NCBI RefSeq assembly: GCF_001194135.2
Contig: NC_068985.1
Location: 119,380,661-119,417,268 of the forward strand
DNA: 36,608 nt
From: Octopus bimaculoides
Lineage: Eukaryota
Direction: 5' to 3'
Positions 1 to 11,515 of the stretch are shown one piece after another; positions within the stretch are counted from its first letter, which is position 1; each line of letters opens with the position of its first letter. The notes under the pieces are model-generated. The model saw nothing but the letters and a program-made list of their open reading frames with translations. It had not been told where the DNA came from and did not search any database. Position numbers and translations under genes: made by a program.

Positions 1-34
<34 letters not shown>

Positions 35-477
35 TTGAATATTTATAGTGATGAAGCAGTGAAGGGGAGAAGCAAGGACAACAGAAGGAAGCAGAACAAG
101 AGGAGGAGATAGGTAAGAAGAAAGATAGATAGATAGACAGAAAGTTTGTGTGTGTATGTATATGTATATGCATACATATATAAATGTGTATGAATATGAG
201 TAGATTTCACTGTGTCTCGCAAATACAAGCCACTGTCTTGAACCTATATATGTAAGAGGAATATTCTCGAGGCAAACATTAAGGCTGCGTACTGCTCACA
301 AGGTTTCCGCTCTCTCTTTCTCTTCCTCTCTTCTTTTGAAATGTTGTAATAATAGAAAACAAAAATGTCGCCATCTCTAAGTTAATTCCAAATTGTTTAC
401 GAGGCAAACGATAATATTTTACATAAATAACAAACCTCTTGTTTCTCTTGAATGTTTCTAGTTTCTCATTTTAACAG

Positions 478-590
478 TTGACTTGAGCCAAGTAAACACG
501 AGAGATCAACCATTTACAGCCGGGGAAAATGTCAGAAAACTTCAGCAACATTTAACAAAATTTGAGAGTCCAAGAGTGCGGAAAGAAAAG
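478..590 (+). other. Possible host coding exon (unverified)
   Basis: Pyrimidine-rich acceptor tttctcattttaacAG at 462-477 and a weak GTTATT donor at 591. Only one frame is open (xDLSQVNTRDQPFTAGENVRKLQQHLTKFESPRVRKEK). No homologue recognised. Confidence 0.2.
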
Positions 591-740
591 GTTATTCGTT
601 TTTAATAAATAGTCTTCAATATGTCCTTTTTCTTGCAAATAACTGCGTTAATCTAAAAAGATTAACGTTTCTCTTAAGTCCTAGTTGTTAGGGTTTGCAA
701 TGATTGTTGAAGATCTTTTCTGTTCTGTTTTAATTTAAAG

Positions 741-785
741 ATCAAGAGTTGGTTCAGCAAGGCAATGTTTCACATTATCTTAACG
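741..785 (+). other. Possible 45 bp host exon (unverified)
   Basis: Acceptor tttctgttctgttttaatttaaAG and donor ACG|GTAAAG. Phase 0 reads IKSWFSKAMFHIILT, phase-compatible with 478-590. Confidence 0.2.
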
Positions 786-1073
786 GTAAAGTGTGTTTGC
801 CTGTGAAAAATCAGGGATCAGTTCTATAAAAGTGACTTACTAGTCTTCAAAGATGTATATGCGTAAGGTTGTAGTATTCGTATGTTTATATGCATACACT
901 TCTGTGTACGCATCTATCTATATTTCAGTTAGCTATTATTACATTAATTATTATTACATTAATTAAGAAAATGATTATTTTATAAATGATTAAATAATTA
1001 AATTGAATTAAGAAATATGAAGTACGTAATAATAATAATTTAATAAACTTCTATAATTTTAATTTATAAATAC

Positions 1074-1710
1074 CTTGTAAGATACTCCTCCAGCTGTTTA
1101 TGGTTGGCCAAGATCGTCCCGCCCTGGGTGCGGAGGGACATCGACGTCTTGCTGGGTTCAGCGACTTGATCAGGTCAACAAAGGTGGGGGACTCCACTAC
1201 ATTCAGCAGTAGTAAGTTGTCGACAAACAGGTTTACAATCCTTCTGTCCACCATAGACTGACGAACGCCAGTGTCAGCGGTTTGGGCAAACGCCTCGCCA
1301 ATGCTGGGCTGGCGTGCTTTCTTTGCACACGGCTGCGACGAATGGTTACTGGCACTGCTACCAGAAAATTGCCTGTGCTTCCCATGGGAAGAGCAGGCCT
1401 TGATCCACTCATCAAACTGGATGGTATGCAATGGGTGTTTCCTCTTGATATGCGACTTGAAGTGGTAGAGGCTTGCCGCTTGTCTCTTGATGGTGGCCTC
1501 TTTGGGCTCGCACATGATGCACCGGAAGTACAGGAGTTTGGTGTTCCCCTTATTTCTTGACATAAGGATAAAGTAGTCCTCCAGGTGGGGCTACGGGTTC
1601 TGAGACCCCTGCCTCTCAGCTTGAGTAGCCTCTGTCTCACCCACAGTCGTTGCAGATTCCTCAACAGGCCCTTCATCCTCAGGTCGAACAAAAACGTCTT
1701 CACCTTCCAT
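1074..1710 (-). pseudogene. hAT (Ac/Tol2-like) transposase N-terminal pseudogene: BED zinc finger plus first helical domain
   Basis: ORFs 1591-1824 and 1051-1563 are in the same frame, separated by one TAG at 1593-1591 (likely ex-TGG). Joined: MEGEDV...QNP[W]PHLEDYF...RCIMC...HFKSHIKRKHP...IVNLFVDNLLLLNVVESPTFVDLIKSLNP. CxxC...HxxxxH BED motif and the hAT VE..F..L...LNP motif. Apparent frameshift near 1150, then an AG|GTATTT donor at 1073 into AT-rich DNA. Confidence 0.8.
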
Positions 1711-2093
1711 AACGATAAGCGATAACTTGATAAACTGATAACGTACACTGTTGTCGCTGACACTGTAAGAATCTGTATGTGACAACGTCGTAAGTGAACA
1801 CAACTCAAAACTAGAATTACACAAGGCTGCTCAGCTACCTGGTGCTGCATCGGCCAATCACGTGTACACATAGTCAGCCAATAGCGTGCGTGCCTGATGG
1901 ACTTTTCGAGACACGCCCACAACAGACAAGAACAAACGTATGAATTTTGTTACCGGACGCAAAGCTAGCGGAACTAAATTCAGCGGAAGGTAATTGGTCC
2001 GCTAACGGTTTCCAAAGTGAGCGAAAATGCTAATCTGTTCAACGACAAGTTAGCTTCGCTAATTAGCTGTTAGCGGATTTGCGGAAACCGCTA
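1074..2093 (-). mobile_element. Truncated hAT DNA transposon, 5' portion with subterminal repeats
   Basis: Transposase relic as above. 1960-2093 is rich in repeated GCTAA/TTAGC/AGCGG motifs typical of transposase-binding subterminal arrays. The terminal TIR is replaced by (TA)n. Confidence 0.7.
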
Positions 2094-2247
2094 TTATATA
2101 TATATATATATATATATATGAAAGTCAGTTTTGAAGTGTAAAGGTGACTTTAAAAAAAAATTATTTAAAAAAAACGTTATAAAATCTTTTGGGAAGAAGT
2201 TTTTTTCCTAGTGTGTGAGCACTTTCAATTAACCTTTTCAAACACAC

Positions 2248-2345
2248 GTCTTCTTCTTCTTCTTCTTCTCCTCCTCCTCCTCCTCCTCCTCCTCCTCCTT
2301 CTTCTTCTTCTTCTTCTTCTTCTTCTTCTTCTTCTTCTTCTTCTT
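2248..2345. repeat. (TTC)n/(CCT)n microsatellite abutting the gap at 2346-2764
   Basis: Directly visible. Confidence 0.95.
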
Positions 2346-2764
2346 NNNNNNNNNNNNNNNNNNNNNNNNNNNNNNNNNNNNNNNNNNNNNNNNNNNNNNN
2401 NNNNNNNNNNNNNNNNNNNNNNNNNNNNNNNNNNNNNNNNNNNNNNNNNNNNNNNNNNNNNNNNNNNNNNNNNNNNNNNNNNNNNNNNNNNNNNNNNNNN
2501 NNNNNNNNNNNNNNNNNNNNNNNNNNNNNNNNNNNNNNNNNNNNNNNNNNNNNNNNNNNNNNNNNNNNNNNNNNNNNNNNNNNNNNNNNNNNNNNNNNNN
2601 NNNNNNNNNNNNNNNNNNNNNNNNNNNNNNNNNNNNNNNNNNNNNNNNNNNNNNNNNNNNNNNNNNNNNNNNNNNNNNNNNNNNNNNNNNNNNNNNNNNN
2701 NNNNNNNNNNNNNNNNNNNNNNNNNNNNNNNNNNNNNNNNNNNNNNNNNNNNNNNNNNNNNNNN

Positions 2765-2803
<39 letters not shown>

Positions 2804-2977
2804 TATATACGTATATATATGAATACATATATATATATGTATTTGTGTGTGTATGTGTGTGCATGTTTGTATGTTGGTATATCTGCTTATATTTTTGTTT
2901 GTATATTCGTGTATTTGGTACATATGTATATATATGTGCGTATGCATATATATTGTATACATATATGCACACACACA

Positions 2978-3452
2978 CAAGGCGCAATGGGTAAATTGTC
3001 GCCATTTTATATTTTTAATTTCGCGCATGCCCATTGTTTGTTTTTGATTTTGTGGACTATACAGTATAGTAAGGTCAGTTGGGCATTGTGTGTGAGAAAA
3101 ACAAAACCATGACGCAATTCACTCTGCTAGAAATTTGGAAACGACATGCTGTAATGCTTGGCATTTGCGCCGGAAGCTCCAATACGAACATTTCAGAATG
3201 TTTGGGTGTTAATCTGAGGACAGTGCAGAGGATTCGGAAAGAGATGGATGAATCTGATTGTGATTATGAAAGTACGGCAGCTCGGAAAATTCACTCTGAT
3301 CGTTATGATAAGAAAAGTACTCCTGAATTTGTTGGTGAGATCCAGGCCGTGATTGATAACGATTCCTCCAAATCAATCAAGTCCATCGTCAGGGGCATGG
3401 GAATGCATGAATTTCTGATCAGGTAGGTATGCATGAAGACATTTAGTATTCC
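2978..3452 (+). mobile_element. IS630-Tc1-mariner 5' fragment (maT/DD37D-like), HTH region only
   Basis: TIR-like start caaggcgcaatgggtaaattgtcgcc. From ATG 3109: MTQF...KRHAVMLGICAGSSNTNISECLGVNLRTVQRIRKE...TPEFVGEIQAVIDNDSSKSIKSIVRGMG, a bipartite HTH pattern. Truncated by a SINE tail. Confidence 0.75.
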
Positions 3453-3453
3453 T

Positions 3454-3681
3454 CTGTGTTTGTGTTTGTCATCCCCATCACCTTTTGACAACCAGTATTG
3501 GTGTGTTTACGTCCTTGTAACCTAGTGGTCCGGCAAAAGGGAGCGATAGACTAAGTACTAAACATTAAAAAAAAAAACGCCCTGGATCGATTTGTTCGAC
3601 TAAAACCTTTTAAGGCAGTGTTCCAGCATGGCCCCAGTCAAATGACTGAAACAAGTAAAACAAATAAAAGAATAAAAGAAT
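3454..3681 (+). mobile_element. SINE 3' half (family A tail)
   Basis: Shares ttgacaacc..ttggtgtgtttacgtcc..cggcaaaag..gatttgttcgactaaa..ccagcatggcc..gactgaaacaagtaaaa with the copies at 5135, 7050, 23875 and 26395; A-rich end. Confidence 0.85.
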
Positions 3682-3844
3682 ATATGGTTGCATGGGTGTG
3701 TTTGTATATATACACATACCTACGTACAATACGTGCATTCCTATAGTCATGCCTCGATGCACACATTACACGCACATACACACACTTACAAATATACATA
3801 CCTGAAGAAGTAAAAAGAACAAACGAACTTGCATACATAACGCA

Positions 3845-3950
<106 letters not shown>

Positions 3951-4751
3951 GTATATGTATACAATTAGGTACAAACATGCAGAAATATCTATATATGTGT
4001 GTGCGGCCTTACATATCTATTCACCCGTTTATTTATATACCTTTCTATTCATATGGATTTTCATTCATACAGCAGTTCGTTCATTGAGCTGGCTAGACAT
4101 TCATTCAAAGACCATTGCTCAAATCGGATATATCTTTAGCCTTTTAAATACCCATACATAATTCAACACTACATCATAGCTATGCACACATTGTTAACGC
4201 ATTTCTTCAGTGACGCCTATGACGTAAAACGAATCCGTTTATTGATTTCTAATGCAAGCACAAGGACATGCATTTGTAAGTGGATGGAATAATCGATCAA
4301 ATCGCAACTACGAGGTTGTCATAAAGTTGTTGTGCTTTATTACATCTATATTTCGTAAAAAAAAAAAAATCAATAAATGAATTTCGAAGCAAATAAAGCT
4401 ATAAATAAAACCAGGTAAATATTGGATTATAAACACCCCCTTTTGCATAGCAAAAAGAATACCCGTGGGATCCGAACCTACAGCTGTAAACATGACAGAC
4501 GTTCTACAACTGGACCTAAAAATCTTTCGAATTTGACTGTTTCTTCCAGAAACTCTATTCTTAACGAGAATCGTATGTTTTTGATGTCATAAGAATTTAG
4601 AAACACTGAGAACATGAGATAATTCAATTTTGATACAGTCAACCTCGAAGCAAATAAAGCAATGAACAATAAAATCAATCTGTCAAAATTATTTAAAAAA
4701 TCTGTTGCAGTTAATTTATCAAGAAGATGCATTAGAGTTAGTTCAGTGCTT

Positions 4752-5095
4752 GAGAAGTTCACTCTGAGACCGTGTGGTTCCGGGTTAGGGTATGTGTCTT
4801 CTACTTTAGCCCCAGACTGAAATTTGCTAGACGGAAATTGCGTGGAAGCTTGTCGTATAAGATACATATACGCATACGTATGCATACATGTTAAAGGTGC
4901 CAACTCGAACAAAATTAGAGAACCAATGTCTATATTCACACACACACACACAGACACAGACACACACACACACACACACACACGCACGCACACACACACA
5001 CACACACACATGTATGCGTGTGTGTGATATATATATATATATGTATGTGTGATATATATGTGTGTGTGTGTGTGTGTGTGTATATGTGATATATA

Positions 5096-5130
<35 letters not shown>

Positions 5131-5335
5131 GCGTGCCTGCGCGTCTTTGTTTTTGCATCCCTACTACTTGACAGCCGGTGCTAGTTTGTTTAAGTCCCCG
5201 TAACGCAGCAGTTCGGCAAAAGAAAACCTATGCTTAAAACGCGTTGGAGTCAATTTGTTTTGTTTAAATCGTTCAAAGTTATGCTACACCAAGGCTGTAG
5301 TCCAATGATCGAAGCAAGTAAAAGAATAAACGAGT
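4752..5335 (+). mobile_element. Degenerate SINE (family A): head, expanded internal microsatellite, tail
   Basis: Head motif tggttccgggtt..gtgtcttctact..tagacggaaa at 4752-4859 and tail motif at 5135-5335, separated by (CA)/(TA)/(TG) tracts. Confidence 0.6.
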
Positions 5336-5419
5336 TACTTGAACAGTATTTTACGGAGACTTGTAAAGCCTTGTTTATTTAAGTGAACATCGTTCTATAT
5401 ACGTCTTGTCGGCCCTGTA

Positions 5420-5525
5420 CGTATTTTATTGACTCCGGAAGGGTGAAAGGGCAAAGTAAACTGTTGAGAGGATTTGAATCCATAACTTAAAGAGACGAAG
5501 CTATCGATGCTCCACCGATTTTTTC
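5420..5525 (-). mobile_element. Degenerate SINE fragment (family C)
   Basis: ttattgactccggaagggtgaaagggcaaagt..ggatttgaatcc matches the cleaner copies at 12866-13313. Confidence 0.55.
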
Positions 5526-6224
5526 ACTCGCAAACCTCAGCAAAAAAACAAACAAACAAAAAGAAAACAAACAAACAAAAATTGATAAGACAGACATAAA
5601 AAAATGGAGAAAATTCTCCGAATCTGTTTTTTATGTTAAATATGAAATATGACAAATATACTCATAATTTATAATTCATGTCTTCTGAGAAGATTCCATG
5701 ATTTGGTTTTGCATCTTCCTTTGAACAAAATCATTCTTCGTAGACTACTATTTAATTATCTCTGTAGCGTAGTTTGATCATGTGACTCGTCATAAAGTAT
5801 GCTTTGATGTCATGAATATTACATATGGTTTGTACGTGTTGAAAGTATGAACACTACACACGAAGTACATGCGGAAAGTACCAACATCATACATAAAAAT
5901 TGACTCAACAAGATGAACGTTACACGTGGAATATTTCTTGATGGCAAAAAGTAAATTTTTAACTGTATCATCTCAGAAGGAAGGATAACGTTCGTACCTC
6001 TTTAGGTTTTTGGGACCACCGGGATTGGTTGGAGGAATGAAGGAAGTTAGCTTCAGAATGGTAACTTAGTTCGAATGCTTTAAACAGAGGGATTTCCGTT
6101 AAAAACACCCAATGACCAGGTGGTGGTGTTAAATCGGATGCCGGATTAAGTCTACCACCCAAGAACTCAGTCCGAATGAATGCCACAAAGTAACTCTACC
6201 AACATTCTTCCAATTCTGTCGTTC

Positions 6225-6330
6225 AATCACTTCGTTGACCGGTGTGTAATCGAAAAGATGAAAGGCAAAGTTGACCTGGAGGGATTTGAACCCACAACGC
6301 AGAGAAACAGAACAAATACTGCAAGAAGAC
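6225..6330 (-). mobile_element. Degenerate SINE fragment (family C)
   Basis: gaaaagatgaaaggcaaagttgacctggagggatttgaaccc: core plus reverse-complemented B box. Confidence 0.6.
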
Positions 6331-6363
6331 ACACGTATGTATACAAACATACATACAAATATA

Positions 6364-6880
6364 CGAGGTATGTAAAAACAAATCGAACTTTTAAACCAGA
6401 ACACCAACCAGCCTGCACACCGTGCACCCAGATCGCCGTGTTGTTTATGGGCGAATTCCACTTTAATAAAAGCCACTTCACACAGCATCCATTAGTTACC
6501 GATTTATACGTGTTTGAGTGAATGTATATTTAATGCATTTGGCGTTTTGTTGCAAGTTGAACTATGAAAGATTTGGAAGAACAATTTGTTTGTATGAAAC
6601 GCAGTTTAACATCGGAGCGAAAAACATTTAACAGAGACCTTTCAAATGTTGCAGCAGGCCTATGTGGAGATTGTTTGACCTGTACGCGAAGTTACAAGTG
6701 GAACCGATGTTTCAAATCGGGAAGAGGCCTCAAGACATTGATCTCAAATCTGAACGACCTTTCACGACGACGGGCGATGAGTACATTCAGACAATGAGTG
6801 CTATGATCTAAGATCTTCGCCTGATTGTTTGTGACATTTCCCAAAAAGTAGGCTCCAGTAAAAATTTTAAAAGAAGAATT
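6364..6880 (+). mobile_element. mariner (DD34D) element, 5' part
   Basis: TA at 6362-6363 followed by TIR-like cgaggtatgt..aaaa. Decayed translation from 6564: MKDLEEQFVCMK..TFTETFQMLQQAY..DCL..W..FKSGR..D..S.RP.T, matching the mariner HTH region. Confidence 0.75.
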
Positions 6881-6881
6881 T

Positions 6882-7260
6882 TTAGGCGCAGTCATAGCTG
6901 TGGGGTAAGAAGTTTGTTTCCCAGCCACATGACTCCATGCTCAGTCCCCCTGCGTGACACTTCGGACACGTGTCTGCTAGTACAGCCCAGGACCGATCAA
7001 AGCCTTGTGAGTGGATTTGGTAGACGGAAACTGAAAGAAGCATGTGTCTTTGTGTCTGCGTTTGTCTCCCAGCACTGCTTGACAAGCGGTGTTGATGTGT
7101 TTACGTCCTCTGCAACTAAGCAGTTCGGCAAAAGAGACCAATAAAATAGGACCAGGCTAAAAAAAAAAAATGGATAAATAACGGGGTCGACCCATTCGAC
7201 TGAAGTTCTTCAAGGTGGCATGCCAACATGGCTGCAGTCTGAAACAAATAAAATATAAAA
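6882..7260 (+). mobile_element. Near full-length tRNA-derived SINE (family A)
   Basis: Head ggcgcagtcatagctgtggggtaagaag, core gccttgtgagtggatttggtagacggaaactgaaagaag, tail and A-rich end. Confidence 0.85.
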
Positions 7261-7262
7261 AA

Positions 7263-8505
7263 CTAGCAATGCACCCCGACGTTGCTCGGGTGCTATGACC
7301 TACAACCACGTTATATTATATATATACTCAATTTTCGAGTTCAAGTAGAACGTACGCACCACACAATGCACTCCGGCGCTGCCCGGTCATTGATAGCAAT
7401 AACACCATAACCAACTGGTATTGCAGTACATGTCTCTGATAAAGAAAAATTGATTTGAAATTGTACCAATCAGTGAACACGGGGTGCATCCCGACTAATG
7501 AAAGGACACGCACTGTGGGTGGAGTCCTGTGTATGCGACCTTAATTTGCCCTCGCATAGATGCGCGGTGCTGTTCTCTTCACTGAGGTTATCAGGTCAGA
7601 CATTTGTTTTTCATCGCACTACCCGCATTATAGTACACGCTCAACCAACGTGAAAAATAGAGAGGTTGTAGCAAAATCCTTATGAACTTTACGGCTTATG
7701 GAATGAATAATAGGCATGAATATATACTAATAACGATAAGTAACTTTGCATAAACAGGGTTGAATAAAAAGAAAAATGCTATAGGCAAAAACCGCTCGAA
7801 AGGTTTTAGTCATTGCGTCACGTCTTTACCACACTTGAATGAATATAGGCTCTGACTGTGTTTAATCCTTGGAGAAATTTAATTGAATTTAAACCCGAGT
7901 CGTTTGCTACCAAGAAAATCTACATGGACAAATTGTTTTCGGTCGTAATGACAGAAGTAATCACAATTATGCCAGAAACACGGTTCATTAGTCAAGTTTC
8001 TGCTGAAAACAGGGATCTGTGTAAAGAAATGGTATCACAATACATAAAAGACATTGTTTAATCATAGAATACTGAAGACTTTCACATTGGTTGTTTAGTT
8101 GTGGCACAAAGGCTATTACTGAAGGAAAATTTGCCAATAATTATTCAAAAAGCATGTCTTTTTGGTCAATTTTCGCTGACAAATAGGGTTTTATGCATCA
8201 CAAATGCACTCATAACACTCCTTGTACATTGCTACATTTTTTGACACCGAAAAATTAAAATTGGCAACGTAGATTAAAATCAAATCCAAATATTGCTCGA
8301 AAATGACCTCAAAATTGTGCGATCCGACCTCGTTTTCGAAGTTATTTTTGTAGTAAAAAGAGTTGTTATGCAAAAAAATACAGTTCATTTGGTAGCTGAA
8401 AGATTACTGAATCTTTTGATGCCTCATACATCAAAATTGACGTGTGTGTTTTCGAATTCATAAGGAACATACGCACCGCACACAGGCACACACACACAAG
8501 CTCTG

Positions 8506-8569
<64 letters not shown>

Positions 8570-8576
8570 ATATAGA
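7263..8576 (-). mobile_element. Non-autonomous Helitron
   Basis: Minus-strand 3' end has the hairpin CACCCGAGCAACGTCGGGGTG, then CATTG, then CTAG followed by T (plus strand 7262-7292). Minus-strand 5' end is A|TCTATATA near 8576, with an adjacent (TCTA)n tract. Canonical TC...hairpin-CTAG signature with no TSD. Confidence 0.65.
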
Positions 8577-8585
8577 TAGATAGAT

Positions 8586-9237
8586 AAAAGATTCGCCGTA
8601 CTGGCACCAAATTTGTGATGCGTCTGTTGACAGATGAACAGAATATACATATATATAAAGAGTTACAATCAATATGGAGCTGCTTCATCGTTCGAATACT
8701 AGTGAAAACTTCCTCAAAAGTGTCGTTATAGGTGAGGTGACGAAACATAGGTGTAGTCTTCTGATGATGAAGCAAAGTGGCAGTCACCGCAGCATTTTTC
8801 ATCATTGATAGGGCGACCAAAAAATTAAGCAAGTTAGAATCACTGAAAGATAGAGGTGATATTGATAGCACCCTTTTGATTGAAAGGGCATCGATCATCA
8901 TGAGTTTTATTTGGATGCTCTTATGCGTCTGAGAAAAGAAGCACAAAAAAAGAGACTGGAAGCATGGACAAACAAATCTTGGAAGCTGTACTATGATAAT
9001 GCATTTGTTCCTGTGTCACTCCTTGGGAAGACTCTCTCCACCTCCTCCACAGCCGTCCTAGACTTTAGATTTTGTGATTGCGTAACTTTCTTTGACTTCT
9101 AAAATTGAAACTCACTCTAAAAGTTACCGGTTTCAGACGATAGGAGAGCTCCAAGAAAATGTACTACGAAGATCGCGCACTCATCATGAAAACAAAGTTG
9201 CGGACGAGTTACAAAACGTTGGGAGCGGTGTATCGAC

Positions 9238-9243
<6 letters not shown>
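8586..9243 (+). mobile_element. mariner (DD34D) element, 3' part of the transposase
   Basis: KIRRTGTKFVMRLLTDEQ, NFLKSVVIGE (ITGDE-like), YLDALMRLRK..KRLEAWTNKSWKLYYDNA (HHDNA-like), a decayed YSPDL..CDF segment and KLKLTLK.YRFQTI. Many stops and frameshifts. Confidence 0.8.
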
Positions 9244-9277
<34 letters not shown>

Positions 9278-9299
9278 AAGAGAGAGAGAGAGGGAGAGC

Positions 9300-9333
<34 letters not shown>

Positions 9334-10345
9334 AAGAAAGATAGATNNNNNNNNNNNNNNNNNNNNNNNNNNNNNNNNNNNNNNNNNNNNNNNNNNNNNN
9401 NNNNNNNNNNNNNNNNNNNNNNNNNNNNNNNNNNNNNNNNNNNNNNNNNNNNNNNNNNNNNNNNNNNNNNNNNNNNNNNNNNNNNNNNNNNNNNNNNNNN
9501 NNNNNNNNNNNNNNNNNNNNNNNNNNNNNNNNNNNNNNNNNNNNNNNNNNNNNNNNNNNNNNNNNNNNNNNNNNNNNNNNNNNNNNNNNNNNNNNNNNNN
9601 NNNNNNNNNNNNNNNNNNNNNNNNNNNNNNNNNNNNNNNNNNNNNNNNNNNNNNNNNNNNNNNNNNNNNNNNNNNNNNNNNNNNNNNNNNNNNNNNNNNN
9701 NNNNNNNNNNNNNNNNNNNNNNNNNNNNNNNNNNNNNNNNNNNNNNNNNNNNNNNNNNNNNNNNNNNNNNNNNNNNNNNNNNNNNNNNNNNNNNNNNNNN
9801 NNNNNNNNNNNNNNNNNNNNNNNNNNNNNNNNNNNNNNNNNNNNNNNNNNNNNNNNNNNNNNNNNNNNNNNNNNNNNNNNNNNNNNNNNNNNNNNNNNNN
9901 NNNNNNNNNNNNNNNNNNNNNNNNNNNNNNNNNNNNNNNNNNNNNNNNNNNNNNNNNNNNNNNNNNNNNNNNNNNNNNNNNNNNNNNNNNNNNNNNNNNN
10001 NNNNNNNNNNNNNNNNNNNNNNNNNNNNNNNNNNNNNNNNNNNNNNNNNNNNNNNNNNNNNNNNNNNNNNNNNNNNNNNNNNNNNNNNNNNNNNNNNNNN
10101 NNNNNNNNNNNNNNNNNNNNNNNNNNNNNNNNNNNNNNNNNNNNNACACACACACACACACACGTACGCTCATACACATATACCCACGCGCATGCGCACA
10201 CACACATACAAACACACACACACACACACGCACGCACGCACACACACACACACACACACACGTACGCTCATACACATATACCCACGCGCGTGCGCACACA
10301 CACATACAAACACGCACGCACGCACGCATACACACACACACGTAC
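9243..10345. repeat. (AG)n and (CA)n tracts flanking the gap at 9347-10145
   Basis: Directly visible. Confidence 0.95.
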
Positions 10346-10663
10346 ACATAGAAACAAACAAAGCCACACTCATAGTAACTATAATGCTGGTACTACTGGT
10401 GCTAATACTCTCGGTATTTGATTTAGTTCAGATTTTATAGTCTTCTAAAATCTTTTTTTTCTATGGATTTTCTTTACATTCACATATACATAAGGTGTGT
10501 GTATTTATATATACTCACGTCTCTAATTTCACATCGGGGCTGAATGTATATAATTGCAAGTGAATTACACACACATATGCATACATATATATATATACAT
10601 AAGCACGTACGTACATACATACATACATACATACATACATACATACATACATACATACATACG

Positions 10664-11300
10664 TATTGGTGGAGTGTCCCAGTGAAGACCTCAATAAAAT
10701 GTAAGCACAATAGAACTGATATAATGATTTGGGATAAGAAGAGAAACTGTGTACAGTTGTGGAGATCAGCTACCCAGCGAATGTTAATATAAAGCGGAAG
10801 ATTAGTGAAAAAGAGAATATCTACGCTGAACTGAGAAATCTGCAGTTATTCTATCCAGATTACAAGTTTAGGTTTATGCCTGTAATTATTTGGACACTGA
10901 GATATGTATGTAATAAATATCAATCTTGAGAAATTAGGCTTCTCAAAACAAGAACGGAGAAAGCTGATTCGAAGACTACAGATCCAGTCCATCTTTGGAA
11001 CTGTAAAAGTCTGTAAAACTTTCCAGAAGTTTATCATTTAAGTATATACGAGCATATCTAGATATGCAGGTATATGTATGAAAAGACATACATACAACGA
11101 AACATACAAATCTACACGTATACATACATAATACATGCATACGTACATACATACGTACATACATACATACATAAATAAATACATACATACAAAAATATCC
11201 TGTTGCTGATGTTGATATTCCAATGAAGGAGCTTTGAATCTGGGTTAGAAACCGGTTCTTTCCCTATTGACAAGTAATCTTGAAATAAAACTGAATACTG
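10664..11300 (+). mobile_element. 5'-truncated R4/Dong-clade LINE (RLE domain plus 3'UTR)
   Basis: YWWSVPVKTSIKCKHNRTDIMIWD..EISYPANVNIK.KISEKENIY..YPDYKFRF. Closely matches 18667-19265 including the 3'UTR. Flanked on both sides by (CATA)n. Confidence 0.85.
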
Positions 11301-11515
11301 ACATACATACATACATACATACATACATACATACATACATGCCCATTATTATCGGAGCAGCAAGATAAATACCCATTATTATTGGAGCAACAGATTGTGT
11401 CACGTGACAGTTACTTTAAATTAAAAAGAGAAAGAGAAGACATACATACATACGAACATACATACATACATACGTATGGTTAAAAGAAATGTTCACATTT
11501 AATAATTGAACACGG

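Noticed and set aside
1233-1922. 229 aa minus-strand ORF and plus-strand ORFs 1271-1468 and 1282-1560
   Set aside because: These are shadow frames of the GC-rich hAT transposase; the BED and hAT motifs are in the 1710-1074 frame.
2161-3047. Long ORFs in the six-frame track (and similar ones at 9092-10351, 22153-22887, 32337-32686, 34807-35199)
   Set aside because: They are translations of microsatellites and N gaps (YIYI, VCVC, HTHT, ERER, X runs), not proteins.
5968-6230. Possible LINE RT fragment on the minus strand
   Set aside because: Only a vague resemblance (HSFGLSSWVVDLIR); no diagnostic RT motif follows.
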